Shown: positions 55,182 to 58,067 of the stretch, one piece after another
Numbering within the stretch: position 1 is the stretch's first letter
How the letters are laid out: each line of letters starts with the position of its first letter
Source: Anaerolineae bacterium
GTDB lineage: Bacteria > Chloroflexota > Anaerolineae > Aggregatilineales > J027
Direction: 5' to 3'
DNA: 58,067 nt
Assembly (NCBI GenBank): GCA_034437075.1
Contig: DAOTVD010000126.1
Span: forward strand, 1-58,067
Notes under the pieces: generated by a model
Told to the model about the DNA's origin: nothing
What the model saw: only the letters and a program-made list of their open reading frames with translations
Databases searched by the model: none
Position numbers and translations under genes: made by a program

Positions 55182-58067
55182 TTAACTTGCATCGGCTGTA
55201 TCAGTTTGAGCGACGGGCATTGTAAACCAGAAGGTCGAGCCCGCGCCGAGTTGGCTTTCGACATGAATGTCGCCACCGTGCATTTCCACCAATTGGCGGG
55301 TGATGGCCAGGCCTAGCCCGGTGCCCCCCACGCGGCGCGTAGACGACTGGTCAGCTTGGCGGAAACGCTCGAAGATGGTTTCCAGCTTATCCTCGCTGAT
55401 GCCCGTCCCGGTGTCGATGATTTCAAAACGGATCATCGCCTCGTCTGTGCGACGAACACGCACAGTGATCGTCCCTTCATCCGTGAACTTCGCCGCATTC
55501 GAGAGCAGATTATTGATGACCTGCTGCGCGCGCAAGCGGTCGGCTTGCATCATTGGCAGGTCGTCTTGCAGGTCGGTGAGTAGCTCAACCGGCTTGTCTT
55601 TGACCAAAATGCGCGAGGTATCCAGCAAGCTATTCAAGAAGCCTTCGATTTCGATCGGTTCGGTGACCAAATCTAACTGCCCGGCTTCGATCTTGGCTAA
55701 GTCCAGAATGTCATTGATCAGGCTGAGCAGCAGCTTACCAGAGCTATAGATCGCGCCGACATCTTCCTGAACTTCTTCGTTGATCGGCCCGTCGATGCCA
55801 TCCAAGATGACTTCGGCATAGCCGATGATGGAATTGAGCGGCGTGCGCAACTCATGCGACATACTGGCCAGGAATTCACTTTTCAGGCGGTCGAATTCGC
55901 GCAACTGCTCGGCGGTTTCTACCTGCTCGGCGTATAAGCGCGCAGTCTGCACCGCCACCGCGACCTGGTCGGCCAAGGTGCGCTTGATGCGCACGTCTTC
56001 GTCCGTGAAGCGGTTGAGTTGTTCGGACTGCACGTCCAGCACGCCAATCAGTTGGTCGGCCACGACCAACGGCACGGCGAGCTCCGCCCGGGTTTGCGGC
56101 AACAAGGGATTGGGCAAGAAGTCCGGGTTCGCTTGCACATCGTTCACGATCACACCCTGGCGTTCGCGCGCGGCGCGGGCCACCAAACTATGTTCGTGGG
56201 AGAGCGCAATCGCATGATGCGCGCTCACCATACGATCCCCCGCCGCGCCTGCGCCGGCTACCAGTTCGAGGCGCTCAGTTTCGTCATTCATCAGGTAAAT
56301 ATGCGCATGATAGAGATCAAACCGCTCTTTTGCCAGGTCCGACACACTCTTGAGCAAGCGCGAGACGTTCAATTCGGTGGCGGCGGTCGCGCTCACCTGG
56401 GCCACGGTTTGTAGCTCGGCGGCGCGTTTTTCCGTCTGGGTCAGCGCTTGCGCATTCTGGTAGGCCACCGCGATCTGATAGGCCAGTGTGCTTTGCACGC
56501 GCACATCTTGCTCGCTAAAGCGACCGCGCTCTTGGGCTTGCACGTCCAGCACGCCAAGCAGGCGGTCACCCACAATCAAGGGCACGGCCATTTCGGACTC
56601 CGTAGAGGGCAAAAGCGGGTTCGGCAAGAAGCCATCCGCCAGCGCAACATGGTTCTCGATGACGGCTGCGCGGTCGCGCGCGGCACGCGCCACGATACTA
56701 TCTTCACGGCTTAGCGCGATGCGGTGCCCATGTTCCACCATCTGGCGGCCTGCTTCGCCCGCACCCGCCGTCAGGGTCAGGTACTTTTCATCGTCGTCCA
56801 GCAGATAAATATGCGCGTGGTAGAGCCCGAAGTTCTCTTTTGTGAGTTCGGTCACCGACCAGAGCAAGTCTTCAATGTTGGTATTGGTGGCCGCCTGCGC
56901 CCCCACCTCAGACACAGTGGCCATTTCACGCGCCATGCGCTGGGTTTCGCGTTCTTGCGCGCGCCGTTCGGTGATGTCCTGAAAGCTGACCAGGCTCGCC
57001 ACGATGTTGCCTTCTTCGTCGCGCACGGGCGCGCCATCAATTTCCAGCAGAATACGGTTGCCATCCGGTCGTTCGACTTCCATATCATCAATGGACACCG
57101 TTTCACCATATAGGCCGCGCACCACGGGCGCTTCTTCGGTGGGGTAAATGTCGTTCGTGCCGGCTTTATACGCGGCGTAGATTTGCGTCAGGTCATCTTC
57201 AATCGCGCCTGGCGAGATGCCGCGCCCCAGCAATTCTTCGGCACGCGGATTGCTCAAGATGGGGGTGCCATCCGGAGCGCTGACCACGAAGATACCCGAC
57301 GGGATATTGTTCAGGACCGCTTGTAGCAAACGGCGCTGCGACTCGATTTCTTCGCGTTGGGCCTGTCGTTCGGTGATGTCTTGGAAGGCAATCACGGAGG
57401 CGATCACCTCGCCCTCTGCATTGCGGATGGGCGCGCCGGAGACTTCCAACAAGATGCGCTCGTCGCCCCGGTGCACTTCCATGTCGTCAATATAAGCTTC
57501 TTCGCCCATCAAACCGCGCACAATCGGCGTCTTCTCGGTGGGGTAGGGCTCGTCCGTGCCTGCTCGATAAGCCGCATAAACCTGTACAAGGTCTTCGCTA
57601 CGCGCATCCGGCGAGATACCGCGCCCCAGCAATTCCTCCGCACGAGAGTTCGACAGCAGCGGCGTGCCGTCTGGCGCTGCGACCACGAAGATACCCGACG
57701 GGATTTGATTCAGGATGGCTTCCAACAGACGGCGCTGGGACTCTAGTTCTTCTTCTTGCGCTTTACGCTCGCGGATGTCCGTCATGATCGTCCCGATATT
57801 CTGCGGGTTGCCATCGTCATCACGCACGATGAATAGCGTTTGGTCTACCGGAATGACCGTGCCATCGCGCGAAATGATCGTGTTTTCGGCGCGCCAGGTG
57901 TCGTTTTCTAAGATTTCGGGCACGCCTTTGTTCAGCACCAATTGGGCCCCGGCTTCGTCGTGGTAGTCCGGAATAAGCATTTGCTGCGCTTCGGCTAGGT
58001 CGGCAAAACCCATCATCTTGATACCACCCGGGTTCAGGTAGATGATCTCGCCTTCCATCGTCGTCAG
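55182..58067 (-). CDS. Multi-sensor histidine kinase (at least 3 PAS, 2 GAF, HisKA, HATPase); 5' end lies outside the window
   Basis: The frame stays open to the edge (LTT-MEGE, mid-PAS). SHELRTPLN, NLLSNAAKFT, DTGTGI and GGTGLGL are present; no TM or receiver domain in the visible part. Confidence 0.96.
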   Translation of the reverse strand: MTTMEGEIIYLNPGGIKMMGFADLAEAQQMLIPDYHDEAGAQLVLNKGVPEILENDTWRAENTIISRDGTVIPVDQTLFIVRDDDGNPQNIGTIMTDIRERKAQEEELESQRRLLEAILNQIPSGIFVVAAPDGTPLLSNSRAEELLGRGISPDARSEDLVQVYAAYRAGTDEPYPTEKTPIVRGLMGEEAYIDDMEVHRGDERILLEVSGAPIRNAEGEVIASVIAFQDITERQAQREEIESQRRLLQAVLNNIPSGIFVVSAPDGTPILSNPRAEELLGRGISPGAIEDDLTQIYAAYKAGTNDIYPTEEAPVVRGLYGETVSIDDMEVERPDGNRILLEIDGAPVRDEEGNIVASLVSFQDITERRAQERETQRMAREMATVSEVGAQAATNTNIEDLLWSVTELTKENFGLYHAHIYLLDDDEKYLTLTAGAGEAGRQMVEHGHRIALSREDSIVARAARDRAAVIENHVALADGFLPNPLLPSTESEMAVPLIVGDRLLGVLDVQAQERGRFSEQDVRVQSTLAYQIAVAYQNAQALTQTEKRAAELQTVAQVSATAATELNVSRLLKSVSDLAKERFDLYHAHIYLMNDETERLELVAGAGAAGDRMVSAHHAIALSHEHSLVARAARERQGVIVNDVQANPDFLPNPLLPQTRAELAVPLVVADQLIGVLDVQSEQLNRFTDEDVRIKRTLADQVAVAVQTARLYAEQVETAEQLREFDRLKSEFLASMSHELRTPLNSIIGYAEVILDGIDGPINEEVQEDVGAIYSSGKLLLSLINDILDLAKIEAGQLDLVTEPIEIEGFLNSLLDTSRILVKDKPVELLTDLQDDLPMMQADRLRAQQVINNLLSNAAKFTDEGTITVRVRRTDEAMIRFEIIDTGTGISEDKLETIFERFRQADQSSTRRVGGTGLGLAITRQLVEMHGGDIHVESQLGAGSTFWFTMPVAQTDTADAS

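Overview
A GC-rich bacterial chromosome segment, most consistent with Chloroflexota/Anaerolineae. That assignment is inferred from the protein families (SH3b, PA14, multi-GAF kinases) and gene order, not from a search. Left to right it holds: (1) a very large alpha-2-macroglobulin-family gene running off the left edge, with an inserted SH3 domain and no thioester motif; (2) a minus-strand dcw cluster (ftsL-ftsI-mraY-hyp-murD-ftsW-murG-cvpA-like x2-murC-murB-ftsQ-ftsA-ftsZ), with murE separated from it by a four-gene plus-strand block; (3) lpdA, an acidic lipoprotein, and roadblock, FHA and DUF4097-like genes; (4) a Trp-specifier T-box leader in front of trpEG-aroF-tyrA-aroA-aroE-aroC-aroKB-hyp-aroQ; (5) a hicAB cassette with a REP/MITE-like element, bounded by an exact 32-bp direct repeat; (6) a Clp ATPase, a Ser/Thr kinase, a histidine kinase with an atypical H-box, a GNAT, a lipoprotein and a DtxR-family regulator; (7) two PA14 surface proteins; (8) a signalling cluster cut by the right edge. 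No rRNA, tRNA, CRISPR array, integrase or transposase is visible. The best candidate for an undescribed system is the right-end cluster: a PAS/GAF histidine kinase, a threonine-synthase-like PLP enzyme fused to two intact receiver domains, and a DivK-like receiver. The second is a recurring pattern of small inserts sitting inside 23-37 bp duplications of housekeeping gene junctions.
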